32,000 nt of DNA. Origin: Candidatus Nanogingivalaceae bacterium (GTDB lineage: Bacteria; Patescibacteriota; Saccharimonadia; Saccharimonadales; Saccharimonadaceae). Below are positions 16,651 through 24,342 of this stretch, in pieces. Within the stretch, counting starts at the first letter, position 1, and every line of letters starts with the position of its first letter. Location of the stretch: contig CP072208.2 of assembly GCA_015257795.3 (NCBI GenBank), positions 420,001-452,000 of the forward strand, written 5' to 3'. A program made the translations under genes and the position numbers. The notes under the pieces were generated by a model that had not been told where the DNA came from, did not search any database, and worked only from the letters and a program-made list of their open reading frames with translations.

Positions 16651-16679
16651 ATTTTATCACAAGCACTTTATTTTTTCAA
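16651..16679 (-). promoter_or_regulatory. Putative pilB promoter, leaderless geometry
   Basis: On the minus strand: TTGAAA (16674-16679), 17 nt ending in TGa, TAAAAT (16651-16656), 7 nt, ATG (16641-16643). Confidence 0.55.
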
Positions 16680-16743
16680 TAAAAAATGCTAAAATATCGG
16701 CATCGCTTAGCGAAAATATTTTCAGGAATCGAGGTCTTAAAAA

Positions 16744-17097
16744 ATGACTAGTAGTACTTTAAAAAATATACTGGAACAAACCATATTGGGTTGCCAAAAT
16801 GTTAAACATCTCCCTTCTAATAAAAACTGGGATTCTTCTTTTAATATTAATGACAAATTTATTGTCGAAATTAGTAGAGTTTCAACGGATAGATCTATTA
16901 TTAGAGTTTATGGTTTTAACGATTTTCAAAATCAAACTCTTTCAAAGAAAATAACAATAGAATTCGAAAGGGTTAAATTTGAAGACCAATGCACGTTCAG
17001 TATAGATGTAAAAAATGCCTCACGAGAAACGGAAGATTACGCCTATGAAATTATTGGGCGAGTTCTAAATCGCTTTAAAGGCAATAAAATCACCTAA
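16744..17097 (+). CDS. Hypothetical protein (117 aa)
   Basis: The ORF is preceded by TGCTAAAAT (16687-16695) and GAGG 9 nt before the ATG, and followed by a terminator. I recognise no motif. Confidence 0.55.
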   Translation: MTSSTLKNILEQTILGCQNVKHLPSNKNWDSSFNINDKFIVEISRVSTDRSIIRVYGFNDFQNQTLSKKITIEFERVKFEDQCTFSIDVKNASRETEDYAYEIIGRVLNRFKGNKIT

Positions 17098-17100
17098 CTT

Positions 17101-17125
17101 GAGCCTCCGGGCTCTTTTTATTTTT
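17101..17125 (+). terminator. Intrinsic terminator
   Basis: Stem GAGCC (17101-17105) pairs with GGCTC (17110-17114) across a tccg loop, followed by TTTTTATTTTT. Confidence 0.7.
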
Positions 17126-17134
17126 AAAGAAATT

Positions 17135-17143
17135 TGATAAAAT
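17135..17143 (+). promoter_or_regulatory. Extended -10 element of the trmH-like gene, leaderless geometry
   Basis: TGaTAAAAT (17135-17143), 7 nt, ATG (17151). The -35 is weak (TTTTTA). Confidence 0.45.
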
Positions 17144-17150
17144 TAAGATA

Positions 17151-17708
17151 ATGAAAAATCCAAACTCTCTCGAAAACCGCAATCGCACACAGAATCGTGA
17201 AATAGTTGTTTTAGCGCACAATATTCGCTCAACACACAATATTGGAGCAATCCTGCGTACTTGCGAAGGCTTTGGTGTCTCGAAAATTATTTTTAGCGGA
17301 TATTCACCTTTTCCAATTTTACCAGACGAAAATTTTAAAAAAACCAACCGCTTGCCCCACATTGCGCAAAAATTAAATTCCCAAATACACAAAACTGCCC
17401 TCGGCGCAGAAAAGATCGTACCAGCAGAAATTTCTGATAATATTCTCGACACAATCCAAAATCTTAAAAAACAAAATTTCGAAATATTTGCACTCGAACA
17501 GAGCAAAAAATCAATTTTTTTAAAAGATTTTTCAGCCCCAAAAAACGCTAAAATAGCCTTACTTTTAGGTGAAGAAGTTGACGGTATCTCAGAAAAATTG
17601 ATTGACTTGTGCGATAAAACTCTCGAAATCCCAATGTTTGGTAAAAAAGAAAGTTTTAACGTATCAGTTGCTACAGGAATCGCCCTCTATAAAATTGCCT
17701 GCGAATGA
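17151..17708 (+). CDS. SpoU/TrmH-family RNA 2'-O-methyltransferase
   Basis: 185 aa. Blocks NIGAILRTCEGFG, LLLGEEVDGIS and IPMFGKKESFNVSVATGIALYK are SpoU methylase motifs 1 to 3. Confidence 0.85.
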   Translation: MKNPNSLENRNRTQNREIVVLAHNIRSTHNIGAILRTCEGFGVSKIIFSGYSPFPILPDENFKKTNRLPHIAQKLNSQIHKTALGAEKIVPAEISDNILDTIQNLKKQNFEIFALEQSKKSIFLKDFSAPKNAKIALLLGEEVDGISEKLIDLCDKTLEIPMFGKKESFNVSVATGIALYKIACE

Positions 17709-18244
17709 TTATTTTTTATCTTTTCTTGCGCGTCTTTAATAATTCTTAAAGAAAACTCCAAAGAATCCATAAAATCATCTGGATTTCCTCGGATCATCTC
17801 TTTAAACTCGGCAAGATTTACAAGCTTAACTTCTGCAACTTCATTATGTAAGATAGCTAAATCTTCAAGATTGAAATCGACTTTAGCCGCAAAAAACTGC
17901 ATAAATCTACGTTTATTCTCTTTAGTGTGAATAAAAACTTTTTCAACTTCAATAAAATCGCTTGGCTTCAGATTCAAGCCAATCTCTTCAATAGTTTCTC
18001 GATAGATCGCATCTAAGTAACTTTCACCAATTTGAACATGACCAGCAGATGCTGAAAACTGCCACTTTCCCGCAAAAGTTTTTTTTGAAAAAGCTCGACG
18101 TTGAATTAAAAATTCATCATTCTCGTTAAATAAAACTAGTGAAACAACCCTATAGATTCTGCCGGTCTTTTTATCAAAAATAGATTTATCAATCTCGTCA
18201 ATAATTTCATCTCGTTCATTAACGATTGGTAAAATTTCCACCAT
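17687..18244 (-). CDS. NUDIX hydrolase
   Basis: 185 aa with the Nudix box GHVQIGESYLDAIYRETIEEIGL. Its ATG overlaps the murF stop (TAATG). Confidence 0.85.
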   Translation of the reverse strand: MVEILPIVNERDEIIDEIDKSIFDKKTGRIYRVVSLVLFNENDEFLIQRRAFSKKTFAGKWQFSASAGHVQIGESYLDAIYRETIEEIGLNLKPSDFIEVEKVFIHTKENKRRFMQFFAAKVDFNLEDLAILHNEVAEVKLVNLAEFKEMIRGNPDDFMDSLEFSLRIIKDAQEKIKNNHSQAIL

Positions 18245-19551
18245 TAAACCTCATCCTCAGCAATTTCAGCAAAACTTGCGAAAAAATCATGCTTGACTTT
18301 CTTCCAATTTTTATCTTGGCGAACAAGCCATTTTTCATCTTCCTGATTTCTAAGAAGCATTTTTGTTGTTTCTTCAAGATAAACATCCCCCTGAGAACCT
18401 TTCAACAAGATTAAAGCGCCCTTTTCCATAATCTTACGAACAAATATACCAGCATCGATAGCATTTTTTGCCTCATAAACCTGACAGCCACGCAAACGAG
18501 CGGCTGGAGCCAAGTACTTATTAGCCTGTTCACCAACAGTAACAACCCAAGATAACTCAACACCATCAAGCATCTCACCAATCCTTTGATGTTCCATCGC
18601 AGAAGATTCGCCAAGCTCATTCATGCTACCAATAACGGCAATCTTTGAAGGAGCAGAAAGCGCATAAAGAGTCTGAATCGCTGCGGTTAGTGCCGCAGGA
18701 CTCGAATTATAAGTATCGTCAATTAATACAGAATCTTCCAGACCTCGCATAAAGTTCATTCGGCCAGGTACGGGTTTTAAGCTCGCTAGGCCATTTATAA
18801 TTTCTTGCGGGTTCAACCCCAGCTTAATAGCAACAGCAACGGCACCAGTTATAGGTCTTAAAGAATGCTCCCCGAAAACTTTTGCTCGAACGGGTATTTC
18901 TCCGAACTCTGGAGTTTGAATATTACCGCCAAACCCTTCAAGAAGTGAAAAATCATTAGGGATAAAATTATAGTTAGCCCCACCGCTTGAGCTGTAAGTG
19001 GAGAAGTTAGAATTCCTAAGATATTTCAAAAATTCACCATTAATATCATCTTGGTTTAAAATTGCAATTTTCGCATAAGTTGCAGCATCGAGCTCTTCTT
19101 GAGCTACTGCATCAATCGTACCAAAAAACTCCATATGTTCAGGAGTAACAGATGTAATTATTGAAATGTCCGCAAAAAGATAAGCTCCAAATTGGGCGAT
19201 ATCACCAGGATGATCAGTTCCAAGCTCTTGAATAATCACCTCAGGCTCACTACCAGCTGGAGACTTAATCCGCTTTCGAGCAGCCTTAAAAACTTTATGC
19301 CATTGCCAAAAATTTCTTGGGTTTCCAGGAAAATTTATACCTAAAATAGCAAGAGGAGCACTTAAATGTGTGTTATGATTGCCCTCATGCAAGCGCACTC
19401 GATATTTCTGACTTAAAATAGTGGCAATAGCTAATTTTGTACTTGTCTTTCCAACCGATCCGGCGACTGTAACCAATTTAATATCTGGATGTTCTTCAAA
19501 ATATCTTCGAACATATTTTTCAAGTTTTGTCTGAATTCCTTTTTTAAACAT
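18244..19551 (-). CDS. murF: UDP-N-acetylmuramoyl-tripeptide--D-alanyl-D-alanine ligase (MurF-like Mur ligase)
   Basis: 435 aa with the P-loop AGSVGKTSTK, the DDTYNSSP block (MurF DxxYNANP-type) and a Mur ligase C-terminal domain. Confidence 0.8.
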   Translation of the reverse strand: MFKKGIQTKLEKYVRRYFEEHPDIKLVTVAGSVGKTSTKLAIATILSQKYRVRLHEGNHNTHLSAPLAILGINFPGNPRNFWQWHKVFKAARKRIKSPAGSEPEVIIQELGTDHPGDIAQFGAYLFADISIITSVTPEHMEFFGTIDAVAQEELDAATYAKIAILNQDDINGEFLKYLRNSNFSTYSSSGGANYNFIPNDFSLLEGFGGNIQTPEFGEIPVRAKVFGEHSLRPITGAVAVAIKLGLNPQEIINGLASLKPVPGRMNFMRGLEDSVLIDDTYNSSPAALTAAIQTLYALSAPSKIAVIGSMNELGESSAMEHQRIGEMLDGVELSWVVTVGEQANKYLAPAARLRGCQVYEAKNAIDAGIFVRKIMEKGALILLKGSQGDVYLEETTKMLLRNQEDEKWLVRQDKNWKKVKHDFFASFAEIAEDEV

Positions 19552-19561
19552 AATCTTCTTT

Positions 19562-19590
19562 ATTATAATACAAAATCACTACTTTTTCAA
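19562..19590 (-). promoter_or_regulatory. Putative murF promoter (very short leader)
   Basis: On the minus strand: TTGAAA (19585-19590), 17 nt, TATAAT (19562-19567), 10 nt, ATG (19549-19551). Confidence 0.55.
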
Positions 19591-19746
19591 GCAGTGATTT
19601 GTTTGTTGATGTGTGCCCACCCTGGGCGGTTTTTGTTATTTTATTTTTATTTATAAGTGTTATTTAGGGGAGAAAACAAACATCGCCCTTGATAACACAT
19701 CAACTATGTTTATATATTATCAAAATAGTTATGCTTTGTCAATAGT

Positions 19747-20559
19747 TTATTTTAAAAAAGGTTCATTTTCTAAAATTTGTTCCCTCAGCTCACTATTAGA
19801 AAAATCTCTTCGAACATCGAACTCTTCCCAATTACCATATTTTCCATCAGCTTCACCTAGGTTCAAAACCCTTCGCCAAGAAAAATTCTCACGAACATCG
19901 CTAGCATCTAGCGGGTTAACTCTCGAATACTCAATTGCACCAAGGTTGGGGATGTCATAAATATATCTTTTCGACATATCATTCCACTTTTCCGGCAAAA
20001 GACCCTCTATCAGATAACATGCTGATTGAATTAATTGCTTATGAGCAACAATAAGTACATTCTGGTTTGAATCTTCTTTTTTTAATCTATCCGTGAAAGT
20101 TCGGAACCTTACATAAACATCAAAAATGCTTTCACCCCCATCAAGACGCATATAAAACGGATCATTATACAAATATTTAACAGATAAAGGGAAGTTATCA
20201 AGTCGTTCATTAACGCTAACACGACCATAAATACCCCAATTTCGCTCCGCTAATAAATCATCAATTTTCCAAAAATATTGATTTTCACCACTTAAAATTA
20301 CGGCAGTCTCTCTTGCGCGAATAAAAGGTGATGAATATTTTGAATCAAAAAAATCTAAACTTCCATAAACCTTTGCAAGTTCTCTTTCAGCTCTCTCAGC
20401 TTGCTCTCTTCCCTCCGGCGAAAGTCGCTGTCGCCAATCCGCACGTGTCTCGACTTTTTCCTCCAAATCAATCTTCCTACCAAGTTTTTGCGCGTGCTGA
20501 ACTATATTTGCTTCGCTCTGCCCGTGTCGAATCATTACAAGTCGTAGTGGATTCGCCAT
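19747..20559 (-). CDS. Histidine phosphatase (phosphoglycerate-mutase-like) family protein
   Basis: 270 aa with the RHG motif (MIRHGQSEAN) and a second histidine block (IVAHKQL). AAGGAAG is the Shine-Dalgarno. Confidence 0.75.
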   Translation of the reverse strand: MANPLRLVMIRHGQSEANIVQHAQKLGRKIDLEEKVETRADWRQRLSPEGREQAERAERELAKVYGSLDFFDSKYSSPFIRARETAVILSGENQYFWKIDDLLAERNWGIYGRVSVNERLDNFPLSVKYLYNDPFYMRLDGGESIFDVYVRFRTFTDRLKKEDSNQNVLIVAHKQLIQSACYLIEGLLPEKWNDMSKRYIYDIPNLGAIEYSRVNPLDASDVRENFSWRRVLNLGEADGKYGNWEEFDVRRDFSNSELREQILENEPFLK

Positions 20560-20658
20560 TTCTTCCTTTCTTTTTTATTTAAAATTCTTATGCTTTAATT
20601 AAAATTATATCATATTTTAAACTTTTTCGAAAGTAATGTTTTATTTAATCCTAAAAAA

Positions 20659-20667
20659 TGCTATAAT
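20659..20667 (+). promoter_or_regulatory. Extended -10 element of the hydrolase gene, leaderless geometry
   Basis: TGcTATAAT (20659-20667), 6 nt, ATG (20674). Confidence 0.5.
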
Positions 20668-20673
20668 TTATTA

Positions 20674-21489
20674 ATGAACCTAAGAGATTGGCGAAAAAAT
20701 CTTAAACATATTTTTATCAATATCGACAAAAACAAGATTTCAACTTATCAAAATATCCAAAAAAATAAACCAACTGCAGTACTTTTTCATGGTTTTGGCG
20801 GAAATTATTTCGGTTTAACACCTCTAGGATTTGAGCTTTCAAAAAAATATTCAATTATTATTTGCGAATTACCCGCGCACGGCAAAAGCTCACTTGAAAC
20901 TTTTGAAAAAAATGAAGATTTTCAAAAATTTTATACAAAATTAATCAACGAACTAAACAAACACAATACGATAGACCTTATTGTAGCGCATTCGTTTAGC
21001 TGCTATTTTGTCAGTGATCCGAAAATTTCAAAAAAAATCCCAACAGTCATCATAAACCCCGTCTTCAGCCCAAGTCCTTCTTTTTTAGCGGGTATGAAGG
21101 CTTGCTCCAATTCAAAAACTATTATGGTTTTATCAAATCTACCAATATTCTCGCCCCTTAAAGTTGCCTTAATTCAAAAAAAATGGTCACTTGAAGCTAT
21201 TAAAAATGTTTTTCAAAATATGTTTTTTTGCCAACATTCCCCCAAAAGATTACTATCCCAGAAAAAAACCATTCCAATAGCATTAAATGCTAATAATTTT
21301 TCTGATAAAAATTTTGTTAAAATTGCTTTTATTGGAAAAAATGATTCGACCGTTGAACCTTTTTGTGAGAAAAAATTTAAAGAAATTTTTCCAAAAGCAA
21401 TTTCGAAGGTCGTGCCAAAAACTGGTCATTTACTACCTATGGAAAACCCCAAAGATATTGCTGAAATAATTCTTAAAACAATAAAATAA
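20674..21489 (+). CDS. Alpha/beta hydrolase fold protein
   Basis: 271 aa with an HG oxyanion motif (LFHGFGGN), a nucleophile elbow variant (VAHSFSC) and a C-terminal histidine (TGHLLPMENP). Confidence 0.7.
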   Translation: MNLRDWRKNLKHIFINIDKNKISTYQNIQKNKPTAVLFHGFGGNYFGLTPLGFELSKKYSIIICELPAHGKSSLETFEKNEDFQKFYTKLINELNKHNTIDLIVAHSFSCYFVSDPKISKKIPTVIINPVFSPSPSFLAGMKACSNSKTIMVLSNLPIFSPLKVALIQKKWSLEAIKNVFQNMFFCQHSPKRLLSQKKTIPIALNANNFSDKNFVKIAFIGKNDSTVEPFCEKKFKEIFPKAISKVVPKTGHLLPMENPKDIAEIILKTIK

Positions 21490-21518
21490 AGCCCGACACG
21501 TACCGAGCTTTATTTTTT
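21488..21518. terminator. Bidirectional terminator between convergent genes
   Basis: AAAGCCCG (21488-21495) pairs with CGAGCTTT (21504-21511) at 7 of 8 positions. An A-run precedes it and a T-run follows. It overlaps both stop codons. Confidence 0.55.
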
Positions 21519-22974
21519 ACATTTTTTCAATCTCTCGAAAAGAGTTTTTAAGTCGTTTTATACTTTCATTTTTGCCAATTACTCGCAATGTTTGATTTAG
21601 CGCTGGCGAAAATGGAGCCCAAGTGAGCGAAATTCGGATAATCTGAAATAGAATTCCCGGTTTTTGGCCAGTTTCCTCAAGAAGTTGGTTTAATGATTCT
21701 TGAAGTTTATCCTCGTTCCAGTCTTCAACTTTTTCGAATTTATCAATTGATTTTCCTAGCAAATCTAACAATTGTGATTTTTCGAGCTTTTTAAGCTGTT
21801 TATTTTTAGAAATCATCTCCAAATCAGGATTTTGTTCAGTGAAGAAATAATCACTCGCAAGCGGTAAGTCTTTAAGTGTTTTTAATCTATCAAAAACCAA
21901 GCTAAGAACTTCTTTTTTATATTCTTCATTAGCATTTTGAGCACTTTCTCCCCAAAAATCTTTCACACGATTAAATAAATCATCCAAAGAAATTCGACGA
22001 ATCCACTGCCCATTGAGCCATAAAAGTCGTTGCTCATCAAACCTTGCGCCAGATTTCTGCACACGATCTAGTGAGAATTTTTCAATTAATTCTTCTTTCG
22101 TAAAAATATCCTGTTCAGTACCATCATTCCAGCCTAGTTGTGCTAAAAAGTTAAGCATAGCTTCAGGCAAAATACCATCTGCACGATATTCGCTGACACT
22201 CTTAGCCCCATCACGTTTACCAAGTTTTTTATTTCCTTCCGGAGCTAAAATATGTGGTAAGTGCGCTAAAATTGGCGGCTGAATCCCGAGAGCCTCATAA
22301 AGCGAAAGATATTTTGGTGTGCTTGCGACATATTCAGACCCACGAATCACATGCGTAACTTTCATTTCGAAATCATCAACAATATGCGCAAAATTATATG
22401 TTGGTAACCCATCTGCCTTAATTAGAATAAAGTCATCTAAAGCTTCTGGCCCTGCAGAAAGATCACCCATAACAGCATCATGCCAATTATATCTTTTAAT
22501 TTCTGGTGTTTTAAACCGAAGTGGCATTCCGATTTTCCATTCCGGTGGATTTTCCGGACGATGATCACGATATAGAAATGCTCTCTTTTCAAGTTTTGCT
22601 TTTTTTCGAAATTCTTCAACTTCTTCAGGAGAATACGGGTCAGCATAAGCCAATCCTTTTTCGATCATTTTCTTCGCCCAATCAAGATATTTTTCACGAC
22701 GATCTGTCTGATGGTATGGACCAAAATCACCCATCTCCTTGGTTTTATCTCCGTAAACCGGCCCTTCATCCCAATCAAGTCCAAGCCATTTTAGAGTATC
22801 CAGAATTAGATCTTCCGCCCCTTCAACAAATCGAGCTTGATCAGTGTCTTCAATTCTTAAAATGAAATCTCCGCCTGTTTGTTTGGCGATTAAATAAGGG
22901 TAAAGTGCGCTTCGAACATTTCCAACATGGATATAACCGGTTGGACTTGGCGCAAAACGAGTTCTTGCTTTCAT
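21517..22974 (-). CDS. gltX: Glutamate--tRNA ligase
   Basis: 485 aa. RFAPSPTGYIHVGNVRSAL is the HIGH region and KLGKRDG is the KMSKS-like block. The class I GluRS architecture is present. Confidence 0.92.
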   Translation of the reverse strand: MKARTRFAPSPTGYIHVGNVRSALYPYLIAKQTGGDFILRIEDTDQARFVEGAEDLILDTLKWLGLDWDEGPVYGDKTKEMGDFGPYHQTDRREKYLDWAKKMIEKGLAYADPYSPEEVEEFRKKAKLEKRAFLYRDHRPENPPEWKIGMPLRFKTPEIKRYNWHDAVMGDLSAGPEALDDFILIKADGLPTYNFAHIVDDFEMKVTHVIRGSEYVASTPKYLSLYEALGIQPPILAHLPHILAPEGNKKLGKRDGAKSVSEYRADGILPEAMLNFLAQLGWNDGTEQDIFTKEELIEKFSLDRVQKSGARFDEQRLLWLNGQWIRRISLDDLFNRVKDFWGESAQNANEEYKKEVLSLVFDRLKTLKDLPLASDYFFTEQNPDLEMISKNKQLKKLEKSQLLDLLGKSIDKFEKVEDWNEDKLQESLNQLLEETGQKPGILFQIIRISLTWAPFSPALNQTLRVIGKNESIKRLKNSFREIEKM

Positions 22975-22982
22975 AGCTATAT

Positions 22983-23011
22983 ATTATACTTCAATTTTTA
23001 TTTTTTCTCAA
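22983..23011 (-). promoter_or_regulatory. Putative gltX promoter (near-leaderless)
   Basis: On the minus strand: TTGAGA (23006-23011), 17 nt, TATAAT (22983-22988), 8 nt, ATG (22972-22974). Confidence 0.5.
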
Positions 23012-23013
23012 CC

Positions 23014-23041
23014 TAAAATAAAAAGTAGCCTTAGCTACTTT
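23014..23041 (-). terminator. Intrinsic terminator of the 337-aa gene
   Basis: Stem AAAGTAGC (23022-23029) pairs with GCTACTTT (23034-23041). On the minus strand it is followed by TTTTTATTTT and lies directly after the TAA stop. Confidence 0.7.
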
Positions 23042-24055
23042 TTATGCATTCATACTTGTTGCGATTTTTCGAACCTCTTCTTCGGAGATTTTTCCAGACG
23101 ATTCAACTTTATATAGTTTTCCGTTATTAACCCAGACAGATTCACCCCGTCGATTTGAATATATCGTTAGGCCGTTGCTGTATGTAGTAGAGTAATCTTC
23201 GCTCCAATTCTCTTTTACATAATTTTGCAATAACGCCGAGCTATCCCAATTGCTTTGAGATTGTTGAATCTTATAGTTAGCACTACCGTTCTTATATTCA
23301 AAATTAACATTCTTCCCATCAAAATATGCAAAACCTTTTCGAGAGTACCCTTTAGCAATATAAGCCGGAGTTTCTACCGCCATACCAGACTGAAAAGACG
23401 TAATTTTACTAGAGATATCGGGCAAATTTACATAAGTTAGATAACCAACGCCTAGAACCGCTACCGCAAACCCCATAGATAAACTGACAAATTGTTTTCT
23501 TGCAAAAAAACTTTTATAATGAACGCCTCGGCTTTTTTTACTTTCTCGACGAGATTTCTCAATAGCTTGATTGATTTCAAAATTCTTAATTGCACGATCT
23601 GATAATTGCTTATTTTGAATCTTTTTAGAACGAAGTTCTTCATTAGCTTTTTGTGCAATTGAATGCTCTTTAAATGGTGCAATTTTTTCCACTTCTTTAA
23701 TTTGCTCTTTCGAAATCGGGGAAATAATTTTAGATTCTTTCGAGAAACGAGAGATTAAAAGCCTATCTTCATGGCTCTCTTTTGCTTCACGTGCGCGCAA
23801 AATCGCCTCTTGATAATCATGACGACGTTTAAATTGATTAATCATTTCATCTTGATGTAATGAAACGCCTTGCCTTTTTGGAACTCTTACATATTTTCGA
23901 TTTAGAGTGCTTGAACGCTGCAAATTATCATGAATTTTTGAAACATCATGTTGTACATTAATTTGGTGATTCTCGGCTGCGCTTAAAAGCGCCCCGGTAG
24001 TTGCATCATATTTTTTTCCGTTTATAATAATTTCATTCTTCATTTTCTTCCCCAT
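23042..24055 (-). CDS. Hypothetical single-pass membrane protein (337 aa)
   Basis: It has a central TM helix (FVSLSMGFAVAVLGVGYLTYV), a charged N-terminal half and a C-terminal extracytoplasmic domain of about 130 aa. An alternative start at ATG 24043 gives MKNEIII. Confidence 0.6.
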   Translation of the reverse strand: MGKKMKNEIIINGKKYDATTGALLSAAENHQINVQHDVSKIHDNLQRSSTLNRKYVRVPKRQGVSLHQDEMINQFKRRHDYQEAILRAREAKESHEDRLLISRFSKESKIISPISKEQIKEVEKIAPFKEHSIAQKANEELRSKKIQNKQLSDRAIKNFEINQAIEKSRRESKKSRGVHYKSFFARKQFVSLSMGFAVAVLGVGYLTYVNLPDISSKITSFQSGMAVETPAYIAKGYSRKGFAYFDGKNVNFEYKNGSANYKIQQSQSNWDSSALLQNYVKENWSEDYSTTYSNGLTIYSNRRGESVWVNNGKLYKVESSGKISEEEVRKIATSMNA

Positions 24056-24068
24056 TTAGCTTATGTAT

Positions 24069-24097
24069 ATTTTACTTTATTCTAACTATTTTTTCAA
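24069..24097 (-). promoter_or_regulatory. Putative promoter of the 337-aa gene
   Basis: On the minus strand: TTGAAA (24092-24097), 17 nt, TAAAAT (24069-24074). Confidence 0.5.
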
Positions 24098-24107
24098 GGG
24101 TTTTCAT

Positions 24108-24139
24108 AAAAAAAGACCCATAGAATTTTCGTTCTATGG
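24108..24139 (-). terminator. Intrinsic terminator downstream of tRNA-Leu
   Basis: An 8-bp stem, CCATAGAA (24118-24125) with TTCTATGG (24132-24139). On the minus strand it is followed by a T7 run (plus-strand A-run 24108-24114). Confidence 0.7.
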
Positions 24140-24165
24140 ATCCAGTAAAATCATATAGTCAACTT

Positions 24166-24253
24166 TGGTACCGCGAGCCGGACTTGAACCGGCACGAGCG
24201 TAATGCTCACCAGATTTTGAGTCTAGCGTGTCTACCAATTCCACCATCGCGGC
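24166..24253 (-). tRNA. tRNA-Leu (anticodon CAA), 88 nt, CCA encoded
   Basis: The reverse complement is GCCGCGATGGTGGAATTGGTAGACACGCTAGACTCAAAATCTGGTGAGCATTACGCTCGTGCCGGTTCAAGTCCGGCTCGCGGTACCA. It folds as a cloverleaf with a 7-bp acceptor stem, anticodon loop CTCAAAA, a long variable arm (GAGC/GCTC) and the canonical T-loop TTCAAGT. Confidence 0.92.
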
Positions 24254-24342
24254 TGATATGTTCACGACTATCGATTCTGTTTTTGGTTATTTACATAACT
24301 CAATATCTATTGTATACTAAGAATAAGGAAAAAGCAATAGAA

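Noticed and set aside
17090-17506. 138-aa minus-strand ORF
   Set aside because: It lies entirely antisense to the well-supported SpoU/TrmH gene. Its sequence is low-complexity, it has no start signals, and it crosses a plus-strand terminator.
19552-19640. Plus-strand small RNA defined by two hairpins and a U-run
   Set aside because: I did not call it as a feature. The first inverted repeat brackets the murF -35 on the opposite strand, and I found no convincing plus-strand promoter. It is kept only as part of the structured-region finding.
19613-19960. 115-aa plus-strand ORF
   Set aside because: It starts in the structured intergenic region and runs antisense into the histidine phosphatase gene. 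It has no Shine-Dalgarno or promoter logic and is probably a shadow ORF.
24136-24342. N-terminal 69 codons of the 549-aa track ORF (MDPVKSYSQLWYREPDLNRHE...)
   Set aside because: This stretch is the antisense of tRNA-Leu (24166-24253) and its flanks. The real sortase start is most likely ATG 24343, downstream of a TTACAT-16-TATACT promoter.
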